From Paecilomyces variotii (taxonomy: Eukaryota): a stretch of 64,000 bases of DNA. Positions 62,735-64,000 of the stretch are shown one piece after another (the stretch's first letter is position 1; each line of letters begins with the position of its first letter). Under the pieces are notes generated by a model. That model searched no databases. It saw only the letters and a list, made by a program, of their open reading frames with translations, and had not been told where the DNA came from. Location of the stretch: assembly GCA_004022145.1 (NCBI GenBank), contig RCNU01000001.1. One strand, written 5' to 3'. The translations under genes were made by a program, and so were the position numbers.

Positions 62735-64000
62735 ATGGCTACGGGTTGGTGATAGCACCCATCGCATGTGCCCGTGTATGATGATGTATACTGATCATGT
62801 CCCAGTGCGGATCTGCGTTTGCGGAGACGAGGGTACTGGCAAGTCCAGCCTCATCACCTCCCTTGTCAAGGGAGTTTTTGTCACGAACAAGATCCAACCC
62901 GTTCTACCGCAGATCACGATTCCTCCCACGATCGGTACCCCTGAGAACGTGACAACCACAACGGTGGTCGACACGTCTGCGCTGCCGCAGGAACGGAACA
63001 ACCTGGCCAGGGAGATCCGGAAATCGAACGTGATATTGCTCGTGTATTCCGATCACTACAGCTATGAACGGGTCGCGCTATTCTGGTTGCCGTATTTCCG
63101 TTCCTTGGGCGTCAATGTGCCCGTGGTGCTGTGCGCCAACAAATCCGACTTGGCAGCCGCAGGGAGCGAAGCTCAGGTGGTCGAAGAAGAAATGTTACCA
63201 TTGATGGCAGAGTTCAAGGAAATCGACTCATGCATCCGGTCTAGCGCTCGAGAACACAGGAATGTTAACGAAGCGTTCTTCCTCTGCCAGAAGGCCGTCA
63301 CACACCCCATCGCTCCGCTGTTTGACTCGAAAGAGTCTGTTTTGAAGCCGGCAGCTGTTGCGGCTCTGCAGCGCATATTCTACCTGTGCGACAAGGATCG
63401 AGATGGATATCTGTCGGATAAAGAGATCGAGGACTTCCAGATGAAGTGCTTTGGAAAGTCCTTGAGTCCGGAGGACCTTATCCACATCAAAGAGACGATC
63501 CAGAAAGCTTATCCAGAATCAGTGACCCCCCTGGGCATCGACTCTCAAGGGTTCCTGCATCTGAACAAGCTTTATGCGGAGAAAGGACGCCACGAAACGG
63601 TGTGGATCATTTTGCGGACGTTTCAATATACCGATAATCTATCGCTTCAGGAAAGCTTCCTCCATCCGAAATTCGAGGTGCCTCCTTTCGCATCAGCAGA
63701 GCTTTCGCCGGAAGGATATCGCTTCTTTGTTGATCTTTTCCTGCTATCTGACAAAGACAACGACGGTGGTCTGAATGACGCAGAATTGGCCTCTCTGTTC
63801 GCCCCAACTCCGGGGCTACCGAGCTCCTGGGTTGAATGGTCCTTCCCATCATCGACGGTACGGAATGAAGCTGGACATGTCACCCTACAAGGTTGGCTGG
63901 CCCAGTGGAGCATGACGACATTTACCTCTCCCAAAACAACTCTCGAATATCTAGCCTACCTAGGGTTCGAATCCTCCGATCGTAGCAACCCGACTACAAC
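62735..64000 (+). CDS. GEM1: Mitochondrial Rho GTPase Gem1/Miro, 3'-truncated by the window edge; intron 62745-62805
   Basis: [37 protein letters not shown] hands [12 protein letters not shown] and [12 protein letters not shown]. Confidence 0.95.

Noticed and set aside
1..64000. tRNA, 5S rRNA, CRISPR array, transposase, LTR or Starship tyrosine-recombinase captain
   Set aside because: None recognised by eye; a tRNAscan-SE, Rfam and RepeatMasker run would be needed to exclude short or degenerate elements.

Overview
Eukaryotic DNA from a filamentous ascomycete, with Eurotiales-like gene content and short GT..AG introns carrying CTRAC/CTAAC-type branch points. The ORF track therefore fragments or misses most genes, and I rebuilt the gene models by hand. 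About 24 protein-coding genes are supported. A housekeeping-type backbone comprises HOT/ADHFE1, phosphoglycerate dehydrogenase, glyoxalase I, a LAMTOR2/Ego3-like roadblock protein, a Slm1-like BAR-PH protein, the arrestin CreD, the SNARE Sft1, Zds1, Ysc84 and Gem1 (truncated by the window edge). It is interleaved with accessory-looking blocks: (i) arylsulfotransferase + Bys1; (ii) a divergent HNH-nuclease / APH-kinase pair with a transition-rich partial duplication between them; (iii) GNAT, alpha/beta hydrolase, an apparently 5'-truncated LysM gene, a DUF3425 bZIP-like factor and an SDR; (iv) an 81-aa spliced orphan ORF, an MFS transporter and a Zn2Cys6 factor. I recognised no tRNA, rRNA, CRISPR array, transposase or Starship captain. 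The best leads are the HNH + kinase pair (possible conflict or toxin-antidote module), the hidden 81-aa spliced gene, and the LAMTOR2-like gene with two candidate starts. All family calls come from motif recognition, not database searches.
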